Origin: Abditibacteriaceae bacterium
GTDB lineage: Bacteria; Armatimonadota; Abditibacteriia; Abditibacteriales; Abditibacteriaceae
Length of the DNA stretch: 34,571 bases
Assembly (NCBI GenBank): GCA_031372065.1
Contig: JANMKN010000296.1
Coordinates: forward strand, 1-34,571
Direction of reading: 5' to 3'
In this document: piece after piece, positions 15,652-24,767 of the stretch
Layout of the letters: each line of letters starts with the position of its first letter
How positions within the stretch are numbered: position 1 is the first letter of the stretch
Notes under the pieces: generated by a model
Told to the model about the DNA's origin: nothing
Database searches by the model: none
What the model saw: the letters and a program-made list of their open reading frames with translations, nothing else
Translations under genes and position numbers: made by a program

Positions 15652-18183
15652 TTACCGATAAGTTTGCACATAACAAGCGCGGCCATCGGAAGTGATTTCG
15701 ATGGCGCCATTCAAATCGGTGCGGAAAACGGGAATGGCACGGCGCGCGAAAGATTTCAGAGTTTGCGGGGCGGGATGCCCAAAACGATTATACCGTCCGC
15801 ATGAAACAATTGCCGCTTGCGGATGAGCGCGTCGCAAAAACGATTCCGTCGTGCTGCTTTTGCTGCCGTGATGCGCCACTTTGAGAATTGTGCAGTCCAC
15901 TGCCGCGCCGCGCCGTAGTAAGCGCTCTTCGGCTTCCTTTTGAATGTCGGCGGTGAACAGAAAGTTCGTTTTGCCATAATCAAGGCGCAAAACAACGGCA
16001 TTATTATTGTCGGGCGACTCACGAACAGGCGGCGTTGTCGGCGCCAAAACGGTCAGATAAGCGCCATTTCCTAAATCGAGTTTTTGTCCGGCGTGGGCGC
16101 GAATAATCGGCACATTCGCCCGTTTGAGAGCCAGTTTTGCGATTTGATATTCTGAGGCGACCACCGACTGGGGTTGCACCGCGCCATCCAACGCCATGCC
16201 GACAGGCATTTCGTGAACAACTTGTTCAATCCCGCTGCAATGATCGGTATCGGCGTGCGTGAAAACCACCGCATCCAAGCGCCGCGCGCCGATGTATTGC
16301 AAATACGGCACGATGACGGCGCGACCAATATCAGGTTTGTCGCTGGAGCCGCCATCAATCAAAACTGTGCGGCCCGAAGGTGCTTGAATGACAATCGCTT
16401 CGCCTTGTCCCACGTCCAACATCGTCACGCGTAGCGGCGCGTTGCGCAAAGCCCATTCGCGTTGCGCGGCCCCGCAAGCAACGAGTAAAACCAGCGCCGC
16501 CAAAACGCGCTGCGGGCGAATTTGAAAACCGCGCCGTTGAAAATAATTTTCGAGGTCGCGCCACGCGTCCTGCGCTTGATTTTTCCAGTTGTCGCCATGC
16601 AAAACCGGCAAAGCGGCGGCGCCGAGCAGCAAAATCCAACTGATAAGTGCCATGCTGATTTTGAGCGGCGGCGTTTGCACCGACGCGCCCGGCAAATGCG
16701 TGGCGAAAATCGCCAGATTATCCACCGCTGCGGTCAGCGGATAATTAAGGCTCGTCGTCACCGGCAAAAGGAGGCCCGCCACGCCAGTTGTCACTAAAAT
16801 TCCGGCCAGCGGCACGGCGACCAAATTGAAACCGAATCCCGCCCAACTCGCGTTGCCAAATTGCAGCATCATCACGGGTAAAACGGCCAATTGTGCGCCC
16901 AAAGTCAGCGAAGCCACGTCAATAATCGCGCCGCGCCCGAAAGACTTTTGCAAAAAACGACGCAGCGAGGGTGCCAGCGCAATCAATCCCCATGTCGCGG
17001 CAAAAGTTAGTTGAAACGAAAGGTCGGCCAAACTCGCCGGTTCAAGGGCAAACAGCGCTATAAAAGCCAGCGACCACAATGATAATCCGTCAATATCGCG
17101 GCCCAGAAGCAAGGCCCACGCGAGGCACAATCCGCCAATCGTCGCCCGCCAAATGCTGGCCGCGCCACCCGCGACCAAAGCATAATTTATCAGCGCAGGC
17201 AACACCAAAAACAGCAGCCACCAACGGCGCAAGCCCAACGCGTGCGCCGCGCCAAGCAAGATGGCGGCAAGCAATGTTACTTGCTGTCCCGATGCGACCA
17301 AAAGGTGCATCATGCCCGCCGCTCGATAACTATCCGAAGTGCGGCGCGGCATGGTTTCTTCCAAGCCGCCGCGTCCGAAAACCATCGCCGTCAAAAGCTG
17401 CGCCCGCGCCTGCGGATAGGGACGCGCGATTAAATCACCCGCAAATGCTGCCTCGTAATGCGCCGCGATTTTTTGACGCAGCGCCGCGATAAAATGCAAA
17501 AATGGATAACGCGCACCACGTTGCAAAACGCGAATTTGATGCTCTTTTACGTCGGCATAGCACCAGCAAGCAGCGCCGATAAAACGCCACGCGCCTTCAC
17601 GCTGACCGGGATTTCCGGCGCGCGGCACGCTCTGCAAGGCGGCAGCGCGCAATTCAAGAACATCGCCGACTTCAAGTGGCATTGTCGTAGCGGTGCGCAC
17701 CCAAATTCGCCCACGCGCCGGATGGTCATCGGCCCATTCACAGGCGACAATAAAATCTTGGAAAAACGCGCCACGCACTGGAAAATCGCAAATTGTGCCG
17801 CGCAACGTCAAAACCTGCGCTTGGAGCGGCATATTGGGGCGTTGCGGCAGCAAAAACGACACATCGCCCGGCATTGGCAAGGCGCGTTTGGCACCCAAAA
17901 CGGCGCAGAAACAAGCGAAAACAAAAAACAAAGCCATCTGGGCGCCAACAACCAAATTGCGCCATAAGCACGCCAGCCATGCAAAGCCAAACATCGGAAG
18001 CAGCGGCCAAAAGCACGCCACATTATCGCGCGAGGTGCCTTGCAATTGCAGGCCAAGTGTTAGCCCCGCGCCGCCGCCCAGCGCGCAGGCAGGTGCCAGC
18101 CACACCAAGGGCCGATAACGCAAGCCGCGCAGCCAATTCAGGGCGCTAACCGGCGTGTCCGAAAATTCCGCAACAGATAACAT
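15652..18183 (-). CDS. comEC: DNA uptake competence protein ComEC/Rec2
   Basis: Competence domain (AGMMHLLVASGQQV, SFQLTFAAT) plus metallo-beta-lactamase domain (LDVGQGEA, THADTDH, KVAHHGS, NRFGHP, RTDLNGAI). Confidence 0.95.
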   Translation of the reverse strand: MLSVAEFSDTPVSALNWLRGLRYRPLVWLAPACALGGGAGLTLGLQLQGTSRDNVACFWPLLPMFGFAWLACLWRNLVVGAQMALFFVFACFCAVLGAKRALPMPGDVSFLLPQRPNMPLQAQVLTLRGTICDFPVRGAFFQDFIVACEWADDHPARGRIWVRTATTMPLEVGDVLELRAAALQSVPRAGNPGQREGAWRFIGAACWCYADVKEHQIRVLQRGARYPFLHFIAALRQKIAAHYEAAFAGDLIARPYPQARAQLLTAMVFGRGGLEETMPRRTSDSYRAAGMMHLLVASGQQVTLLAAILLGAAHALGLRRWWLLFLVLPALINYALVAGGAASIWRATIGGLCLAWALLLGRDIDGLSLWSLAFIALFALEPASLADLSFQLTFAATWGLIALAPSLRRFLQKSFGRGAIIDVASLTLGAQLAVLPVMMLQFGNASWAGFGFNLVAVPLAGILVTTGVAGLLLPVTTSLNYPLTAAVDNLAIFATHLPGASVQTPPLKISMALISWILLLGAAALPVLHGDNWKNQAQDAWRDLENYFQRRGFQIRPQRVLAALVLLVACGAAQREWALRNAPLRVTMLDVGQGEAIVIQAPSGRTVLIDGGSSDKPDIGRAVIVPYLQYIGARRLDAVVFTHADTDHCSGIEQVVHEMPVGMALDGAVQPQSVVASEYQIAKLALKRANVPIIRAHAGQKLDLGNGAYLTVLAPTTPPVRESPDNNNAVVLRLDYGKTNFLFTADIQKEAEERLLRRGAAVDCTILKVAHHGSKSSTTESFLRRAHPQAAIVSCGRYNRFGHPAPQTLKSFARRAIPVFRTDLNGAIEITSDGRACYVQTYR

Positions 18184-18271
18184 GAAGGGTTATTCCAGCC
18201 TGATTATGACGCATTTTAAAAGCAAAGGTGAAATAGCGTGCAATCTACAGATTCTGGTTTACTCTTGGTCT

Positions 18272-19207
18272 ATGCCCGGATGGATTCAATGGCGTGCGAA
18301 TGTGCCGTCGGAAAAAAGCGAAGTGGCCGCGCAAATTATGTTGGATGCCGGTTGCGACGGCGTGCAAATCGAAGATGTGGACATCGCGCCCGATGGCGAA
18401 GATGCCGTCATCAGCACGCGCGTTTTGGCAACACTTACCGGTTATTCGGGTGAAAACACGCCGCAAGCGGCGCTGCGCGAGACCATCACTTCCGGTTTTG
18501 AACGCGCCGAAATCAAAGCGCAAATCGAGAGTGAATTTCTTGATGCTGCCGATTGGAGCAACACATGGCGCGAGCATTTCCCGCCGTTGCACATCGGCGA
18601 TTTTTGGATTGTGCCGTCGTGGGAAGAGCCAGAGGCTGCGTGGCCCGCGCCGCGCGTTTTGCGCCTCGATCCCGGCCTCGCTTTTGGCACCGGACAGCAT
18701 CCGACAACGCGTTTGTGTCTCGAATTTCTCGGTGAGCAATTGTCGAAGTTGGAAAACCCAACTTTGTTAGATGTCGGTTGTGGTAGCGGCATTCTCAGCC
18801 TCGCAGCGGCGCGTTTGGGTGCAGAAGTGACGGGCAGCGACCTTGATCCGTGGTGCGTGCGCGCCACACGCGAAAACGCCGCGTTAAACGATGTGAAAAT
18901 TACTGTTGTGGAAGCCGCCAATCTCGATTGGATGACGCAGCCTTTCGATGTTGTTATCGCCAATTTGATGAGTAATTTGCTCATTCAATTAGCGCCCGAT
19001 TTAGCGCGCGCCACAAAAAACGGCGGCTTATTAATTATTTCCGGCATCTCGCAGCCGCGCGCCGCCGAAGTCGAAGCCGCGCTGCACCAAAACGGTTTTG
19101 CCACAATCGAACGACGCGACGGCGAAGGCGAAACGCGCGGCGCTATGACGGAGTGGTGGAGCAGCTTTTTGATGCGGAATGTGAAATGTGCAGCGCGGAA
19201 TGCGTGA
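18272..19207 (+). CDS. prmA: Ribosomal protein L11 methyltransferase
   Basis: DW...W, IVPSW, LDPGLAFGTGQHPTT, LDVGCGSGILS, VIANL. Start placed at ATG 18272 to avoid overlap with comEC. Adjacent to rsmE. Confidence 0.93.
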   Translation: MPGWIQWRANVPSEKSEVAAQIMLDAGCDGVQIEDVDIAPDGEDAVISTRVLATLTGYSGENTPQAALRETITSGFERAEIKAQIESEFLDAADWSNTWREHFPPLHIGDFWIVPSWEEPEAAWPAPRVLRLDPGLAFGTGQHPTTRLCLEFLGEQLSKLENPTLLDVGCGSGILSLAAARLGAEVTGSDLDPWCVRATRENAALNDVKITVVEAANLDWMTQPFDVVIANLMSNLLIQLAPDLARATKNGGLLIISGISQPRAAEVEAALHQNGFATIERRDGEGETRGAMTEWWSSFLMRNVKCAARNA

Positions 19208-19235
19208 TAGTCAATCTCTATTCCGCACTTGAACT

Positions 19236-20045
19236 ATGGCTCGAATTTATATTTCTTCGACGATTCTCGAACCGGGTTTGCGCGGCGAGGAATTTGATTT
19301 GGATTTTGAAACCGCCAAAAAATTGGTGCGCGTTTTGCGCCTTTCGGCGGGTGAAAGCTTTGTGGCTTTTGATGGACTGGGCAGCGAATGGGATTGCGCG
19401 CTCACGCACGTTGAAAGCGAACGCAAGAATTTCAAAGCACGGGCGACGATTTTGGCGGCACGCGAAAGCAAACCTGAAGGTCGCTTACAACTTTTGGTGG
19501 CGCAAGCGATCCCCAAAGGCGACAAAATGGAATTCGTGCTGCAAAAAGGCACCGAACTCGGCGTAGCCGAATTTTGGCCCTTTGAGGCCGAGCGCAGCGT
19601 GCCTCGTTTGCTGGGCGATGCTGATGACGGTGGCGAACGCGCCACACAACGCGCCAATCGCTGGCGGCGCATTGTTGAAGCGGCCTGCGCGCAATGTGGG
19701 CGTGCGCAGGTGCCCATCGTTCATGCCATCGGCGATTTCGCAACGGCGGTTTCGTATGGCACTTCCGGAGGGCGCTGTTTTATGCTGGATGAAGACCCGC
19801 AGGCGCCATTATTGCGTGAAGTGCTTGGTAACACGCCACTTTTCGACGAGGAATTTCCCGACGATGAGCCAGTGCGTGTCATGCTTTTAATCGGCCCCGA
19901 AGGTGGCTGGGCGGCGCGTGAACGCGAATGGGCCGAGCGTTATGGCGTGGAATCTGTGGGGTTAGGTCGCTTGGTTTTGCGCACCGAAACGGCGGCTTTA
20001 GCAGTAGCGGCGGTTTTACAATGGGAAGCGGGCGCATTAGGATAG
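19236..20045 (+). CDS. rsmE: 16S rRNA m3U1498 methyltransferase
   Basis: RVLRL, KGDKMEFVLQKGTELGV, IGPEGGW, LGRLVLRTETA. Confidence 0.96.
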   Translation: MARIYISSTILEPGLRGEEFDLDFETAKKLVRVLRLSAGESFVAFDGLGSEWDCALTHVESERKNFKARATILAARESKPEGRLQLLVAQAIPKGDKMEFVLQKGTELGVAEFWPFEAERSVPRLLGDADDGGERATQRANRWRRIVEAACAQCGRAQVPIVHAIGDFATAVSYGTSGGRCFMLDEDPQAPLLREVLGNTPLFDEEFPDDEPVRVMLLIGPEGGWAAREREWAERYGVESVGLGRLVLRTETAALAVAAVLQWEAGALG

Positions 20046-20144
20046 CGGATTGGAATAATCGCTGGTTTTTGGGTCAAAATAGCCGTGATTTCCACAAAGG
20101 TGTCCCAACTATCAAAATTTAGTGACTTGTAGGTCATTTTTGAT

Positions 20145-20173
20145 TTGACAAGCGCGGGCATGAGTTCTAAAAT
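20145..20173 (+). promoter_or_regulatory. Sigma70-type promoter upstream of the STAS gene
   Basis: TTGACA-17 nt-TAAAAT. Confidence 0.75.
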
Positions 20174-20515
20174 TCACTGCACACAAGAGGCCTGCGTGAA
20201 TGAAGCATTGTAAGTCAGGCGCGAAAACGTTTTTCAATTATTGGTGGACACAGTGGTGAAACGGTTCGCGTGTAAGACTTTTCCAATTTCATTAGTTCCG
20301 TTGTGGTTTCAAATCGCGCTGGTCGCTTTTGAGGTGTTGTTTTAAAGTTACCTTGAGTTAGCGACAAGATTTAGCGACAAGTTGGACCGACGTGTAGGAT
20401 AGATTCCGTGAGTCAAGGGTTGAATCTGTCCGGCGTCTTTGTGATTTAACTTCATTTTCTCATTCGCCGTTCGGGAATTTTTCAAGGAAAAGTTCCGCAT
20501 CTGGGAGGCAACGTA

Positions 20516-20899
20516 GTGTCATTGAAAGAACTGAAAATTGAACATGCCACCACACCGGTCAATGATCGGGAGGTTCACATCGTGCGCCTTGAGGGCTATG
20601 TGGATGCGCACACCTTCACCGACTTTGAAGAAGAACTCACCAAGTTGGTTGAGGCCGGCCAGTATTATTTACTGCTCGATTTAGAGCGGTTGACCTACAT
20701 CAATTCCACTGGTTTGGGTTTGTTGATGGCGACTTTTCGTCAGGTGCGCCAACAGCAAGGCGATTTAGTCATCGCCAAAATGAGCGACAAAATCACCAAT
20801 ATTTTCAATCTGCTGGGATTTTCTCGCTTGATTCACACTTATCCAACCGAAGAAGAAGCCTTGAAGCACTTTGGTGATAAGGACGGAGCGGCGTCGTAA
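20516..20899 (+). CDS. Anti-sigma factor antagonist (STAS domain, RsbV/SpoIIAA-like)
   Basis: LEGYVDA, LLLDLERLTYINSTGLG containing the phospho-acceptor Ser; GGGAGG RBS before the GTG start. Confidence 0.93.
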   Translation: MSLKELKIEHATTPVNDREVHIVRLEGYVDAHTFTDFEEELTKLVEAGQYYLLLDLERLTYINSTGLGLLMATFRQVRQQQGDLVIAKMSDKITNIFNLLGFSRLIHTYPTEEEALKHFGDKDGAAS

Positions 20900-20901
20900 A
20901 A

Positions 20902-20979
20902 GCGCGGCCTGTCCGCCTTTTATGCCGCAATGCAAACGCGAAAGGCAAGCGTCAGGCCGCGCAGATTTTTCAGATTTTT
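20902..20979 (+). terminator. Terminator-like or processing hairpin between the STAS and anti-sigma genes
   Basis: GCGCGGCCTG...GCCTTT...AAAGGC...CAGGCCGCGC stem followed by agatttttcagattttt. Confidence 0.5.
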
Positions 20980-21123
20980 AAGTTTTGGACTTTGAAGTTT
21001 CGGGCTTGTTGAAGACCAGAGCGTTTGTTGTAAATGATGCCTTCTCTGGCTGCAAAAGGTAAAAAGAAACATAACTTTGTAGGTTCAGATTTTTCGATTT
21101 ATTGAGGAGTTTGGCAAAGTATC

Positions 21124-21612
21124 ATGGCGCATTCAGGCGGCGGGCCAGACAATCAGGAAAAAGGGAAGTCTTCAGCGGGCGGGTCACCACGCGTGTCGGG
21201 CTTGCGCGTGGCTGGCACGCCGCATATGCTGCCCCAAATTCGACAGATGGTAGTCGAAGCTGCCGAGCGTTGCCGTTTTGGTGACGAAGACGTGGCAAAA
21301 ATCGAAATGGCCGTTGGCGAAGCCTGCTCCAACATTGTTGAACACGCTTATCGCACCTTGCCGCCGCCGCCGCCTGACCTCGAAGTGACGGTGCATGAAC
21401 ACCAAGACCGCATCGAAATTTTAATTCTCGATTATTCGAGCATCAATTTTCCCGTTGATCAGCGCCCCGGCTTGCCGCTCGACGATTACATCGAAACCCA
21501 GCAACGGCGCGGTTTGGGCCTTTATATCATCAAAAACTTCGTGGATTTCGTCGAACACCGCTTTATTTGCGGTCAGGGCAACGAACTGCGTCTCGTCAAA
21601 TACTTCGCGTGA
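21124..21612 (+). CDS. Anti-sigma factor / Ser kinase (RsbW/SpoIIAB-like HATPase_c)
   Basis: N-box IEMAVGEACSNIVEHAY, G2 box RGLGLYIIKNFVD, GNELRLVK; GAGGAG upstream. Confidence 0.92.
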   Translation: MAHSGGGPDNQEKGKSSAGGSPRVSGLRVAGTPHMLPQIRQMVVEAAERCRFGDEDVAKIEMAVGEACSNIVEHAYRTLPPPPPDLEVTVHEHQDRIEILILDYSSINFPVDQRPGLPLDDYIETQQRRGLGLYIIKNFVDFVEHRFICGQGNELRLVKYFA

Positions 21613-21638
21613 TTTTTACGCAATTTTGCGGGTGCGCG

Positions 21639-21667
21639 TTGACAGCACCGCGCCACGCTTTTATAAT
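21639..21667 (+). promoter_or_regulatory. Consensus sigma70 promoter of the T-box/ilvBN transcript
   Basis: TTGACA-17 nt-TATAAT, a perfect consensus match. Confidence 0.9.
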
Positions 21668-21682
21668 TCCAAAGACAACTTG

Positions 21683-22076
21683 AAAAGACCGTGAAGAGGA
21701 GTAGTAAGCGGGCAGGGCGTTCGAGAGAGCCAAACATTTGGTGTGAGTTTGGTAGCGTAGCCCCGCTGAAGTCGCCTTGGAGTCGTTGAAGCGAACAGCT
21801 TTTAGCGTTTAGCAATGAGCTTTGTAGTTTTGGCCGGAAGCGCCCGTAATCGCGCGAATGAAGCGCCGTTGAAACGGCAGTTTTTAGTTAAGAGTTTTGA
21901 ATTTTGAGTTGAAAAGCAGTTTGGTCAACTCAAATCTCTTCACTCATAACTCAAAACTCCGCGCAGCGGAACGTGGGTGGTAACGCGAGAGCGCAAAGTG
22001 AAATTTTGCTCCCGTCCCGCGAGAGGTGATGAAATTTTTCTTCATCGCCATCGCAGGGCGGGAGTTTTTTGTTTTT
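21683..22076 (+). ncRNA. T-box riboswitch (transcriptional, class I); specifier GUC = Val
   Basis: Stem I: GTGAAGAGGAGTAGTA (K-turn/loop E), AGAGAG AG-bulge, GGTGTGA distal loop, GAA-GTC-G-CCTTGGAG specifier loop. Stem II/IIA with GCGCCCGTAATCGCGC. T-box AACGTGGGTGGTAACGCG (21970-21987), antiterminator 3' arm CGTCCCGC, then an overlapping terminator. Confidence 0.93.
22009..22076 (+). terminator. Attenuator terminator of the T-box leader
   Basis: CTCCCGTCCC-GCGA...TCGC-AGGGCGGGAG long stem followed by TTTTTTGTTTTT; mutually exclusive with the antiterminator. Confidence 0.88.
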
Positions 22077-22077
22077 A

Positions 22078-22150
22078 GCGGTGAGCTTGTAGCGATTAGC
22101 ATTTAGCGGCTGGGTTTAGGCTAAATGCTCACCGTCAAATGCTAATCGCT
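22078..22150. repeat. Heptamer-based (TTAGCRN) inverted repeat directly before the ilvB RBS
   Basis: AGCGATTAGCATTT (22091-22104) / AAATGCTAATCGCT (22137-22150), a perfect 14-bp inverted repeat. Confidence 0.8.
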
Positions 22151-22161
22151 TAAGGAGAATT

Positions 22162-24009
22162 ATGGACGGAGCCGAAGCATTATTGGAAGCCCTCAAACGC
22201 GAGGGCGTGGACGCGTTTTTTGGCATTTCGGGTGGCGCCATTTTGCCAATTTACGATGCGTTGGGTAAGCAGCAAGACATTTGGAGCATCCTGACGCGTC
22301 ATGAACAGGGCGCCGGACACATGGCCGAAGGCTACGCCCGCGCCACGGGCCGCGTGGGGTGCTGCATCGGCACATCGGGGCCGGGCGCGACAAACCTCGT
22401 TACGGCCATCACCGACGCCTTTATGGACTCAACACCGACGGTGTTTTTGTCAGGCCAAGTCGCTACGCCGAACATCGGCAAGGACGCCTTTCAAGAATGT
22501 GACACCTTTGGCATCACCATGCCAATTGTCAAGCATTCGTATCTGGTCAAGCGCACCGATGATATTCCACGCATTGTGAAAGAAGCGTTTTACATTGCAC
22601 GCACTGGGCGTCCGGGGCCGGTTCTGATTGACTTGCCCAAAGATATTACAGCGGGGCCGCTGTCGGGTTTGTTTGAATATCCCGAAAGCGTTAATTTGCG
22701 CGGTTATAATCCCGAAATGCCCGCTGCGACGGAGCAGATCAAAGCCGCCGCCGCCTTGATTGCCGAAGCCAAACAGCCTGTCATTTACGCGGGCAATGGC
22801 GTCAATGCTTCCGATGCTGCCGACGATTTGATGGCTTTTGCGGAAAAAATTGGCTGCCCTGTCACGACAACGTTGCTCGGACGCGGCGCCTTTCCCGGCG
22901 GCCATGCGCTGTCGCTGGATATGCTGGGAATGCACGGCACCGCCTACGCGAACTGGGCCATTCACGAAGCCGATTTAATTATCGCTTTGGGCGCGCGTTT
23001 CGATGACCGCGTGACCGGCAACCCCGAAAAATGGGCGCCGAACGCCAAAGTGATTCACGTTGATATTGACCAAGCCGAACTGGGCAAAATTCGTTTTGCC
23101 AACGTGCCGATTTTGGGCGATGTGAAAACCGTAATCAAGCAAATGAGCGACGCCTGCGCGCCGAAAAACAACGCGCCGTGGCTAGAACGCATCGCTAAAT
23201 GGAAAGCCGAAGCGCCGCTCACTTACGAAAAAACCGGGCGCCTCAAGCCGCAATTTGTGCTGTCCGAATTGCAAAAAGCCACGCAGGGCGAAGCGATTCT
23301 GACAACCGATGTGGGCCAGCACCAAATGTGGGCCGCGCAGTATTACAATCCCAAGCAAACGCGCAGCTTCATTACGTCCGGCGGTTTGGGCACGATGGGC
23401 TACGGTTATCCGGCAGCGATTGGCGCCAAAGTCGGCTGCATTATGGGTCATCGCCCCGAAGACACCGAAGTGTGGTGCGTGACCGGTGACGGCTCGTTTC
23501 AGATGAACATTCAAGAACTGGCAACCGGCGTTTTGTATGACATTCCCGTGAAAATTGCCGTCTTGAACAACAGTTCACTCGGTATGGTGCGCCAGTGGCA
23601 GAAGTTGTTTTACTCGAAGCGCTGGAGCGGCATTGACCTTTCCAAGTGCCCCGATTTCGCTAAAGTGGCCGAGGCTTATTCGGCAACTGGCGTGACAATC
23701 ACTGACGCCGACGAAGTGGCCGACGCCATCCGCGAAGCGCAAAAGAATCCGGGCACGGTGGTTTTGAATTTCCTAACCGATACCGAAGAAGATGTGTTTC
23801 CGATGATTCCCGGCGGCACGTCCATTCACGACATGATGCTCGACTATTCCGGCGCTGTATCGGTGCCAGATGCGCAGGGAAATATTCGCCGCCCGCAAAA
23901 CGGCACGTCCAACGGCAAAATCGCTCCCGCAGAAACCGCGCCGACTTCCGAAGGCACTTACGTTTCTGAATGGACGGATGACTTGCAGGCAGGGAAACAG
24001 AAGATTTAA
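22162..24009 (+). CDS. ilvB: Acetolactate synthase, large (catalytic) subunit
   Basis: TRHEQGA, TSGPGATN, DAFQE, RFDDRVTG, DVGQHQMW, GLGTMGYG, ThDP motif GDGSFQM...NN, GMVRQWQ; AAGGAG RBS. Confidence 0.97.
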   Translation: MDGAEALLEALKREGVDAFFGISGGAILPIYDALGKQQDIWSILTRHEQGAGHMAEGYARATGRVGCCIGTSGPGATNLVTAITDAFMDSTPTVFLSGQVATPNIGKDAFQECDTFGITMPIVKHSYLVKRTDDIPRIVKEAFYIARTGRPGPVLIDLPKDITAGPLSGLFEYPESVNLRGYNPEMPAATEQIKAAAALIAEAKQPVIYAGNGVNASDAADDLMAFAEKIGCPVTTTLLGRGAFPGGHALSLDMLGMHGTAYANWAIHEADLIIALGARFDDRVTGNPEKWAPNAKVIHVDIDQAELGKIRFANVPILGDVKTVIKQMSDACAPKNNAPWLERIAKWKAEAPLTYEKTGRLKPQFVLSELQKATQGEAILTTDVGQHQMWAAQYYNPKQTRSFITSGGLGTMGYGYPAAIGAKVGCIMGHRPEDTEVWCVTGDGSFQMNIQELATGVLYDIPVKIAVLNNSSLGMVRQWQKLFYSKRWSGIDLSKCPDFAKVAEAYSATGVTITDADEVADAIREAQKNPGTVVLNFLTDTEEDVFPMIPGGTSIHDMMLDYSGAVSVPDAQGNIRRPQNGTSNGKIAPAETAPTSEGTYVSEWTDDLQAGKQKI

Positions 24010-24107
24010 ATAGAACGCAAATTACGCGAATTTACGACAATTTTCGCAAATTCCTTTTGAAGAATATTTGCGGAAATTTGCGAAGATTCGCGTAATTTGC
24101 GTTCTAT
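24010..24107. repeat. Nonamer-based palindromic element between ilvB and ilvN
   Basis: Perfect 22-bp arms ATAGAACGCAAATTACGCGAAT / ATTCGCGTAATTTGCGTTCTAT with internal ~9-bp CGCRAATTW units. Confidence 0.9.
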
Positions 24108-24120
24108 GAGACGGAGAATT

Positions 24121-24729
24121 ATGAACGAAACAACGATTGCCTCGAATGTGCCGGCGCAGGCCGAGGGGCTATTAATGAAAAACGGCGTGCCGACGATCAT
24201 CGCCAGCGGCGAGCCGGGCGTGAACGTGATGAGCGGCGACGAACAGTTGCACACTATTTCGGTGCTGGTGGAAAACCGCCCCGGCGTTTTGGCGCGCGTG
24301 TCGCACGTTTTCGCGCGGCGCGGCTTTAACTTGGAAAGTCTGGCCGTCTCGCGCACCGAAGACCCGACCGTTTCGCGCATGACAATTGTCGTCGCGGGTG
24401 ATGACAAAGCCTTCACGCAAATCGGTCAGCAGTTGTTCAAGCTGATTGACGTGATCAAAGTCATTGACCACACACGCGATGAACTGGTCGGGCGCGAACT
24501 CATGCTGATAAAAGTGCGCGCCGGTGTCGCCGACCGCGCCGAAATCATGCAAATCGCTACGGTTTTTCGTGCCAATATGGTGGACATCAGCGACAGCACG
24601 CTGATGATCGAAATCACCGGCAAGCCCGAAAAGTTGGATTCCATCGGACGAATGCTCGAAAAATTCGAGATTCTCGAACTGGTGCGCTCCGGCGTAATTG
24701 TCTTAGCGCGCGGCGAAAAGCAGACGTAA
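24121..24729 (+). CDS. ilvN: Acetolactate synthase, small (regulatory) subunit
   Basis: ACT domain HTISVLVENRPGVLARVS..FARRGFNLESLAV, KLIDVIKV, RELMLIKV. GGAG RBS before ATG 24121; the true start could be 24175 or 24229. Confidence 0.94.
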   Translation: MNETTIASNVPAQAEGLLMKNGVPTIIASGEPGVNVMSGDEQLHTISVLVENRPGVLARVSHVFARRGFNLESLAVSRTEDPTVSRMTIVVAGDDKAFTQIGQQLFKLIDVIKVIDHTRDELVGRELMLIKVRAGVADRAEIMQIATVFRANMVDISDSTLMIEITGKPEKLDSIGRMLEKFEILELVRSGVIVLARGEKQT

Positions 24730-24767
24730 TTCTGCCAATTCACTGGCGACCCGCTTTGGCAGTAAAA

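Noticed and set aside
18155..18271. Longer PrmA start overlapping comEC
   Set aside because: It overlaps the divergent gene and promoter region, and PrmA-like sequence begins at MPGWIQW.
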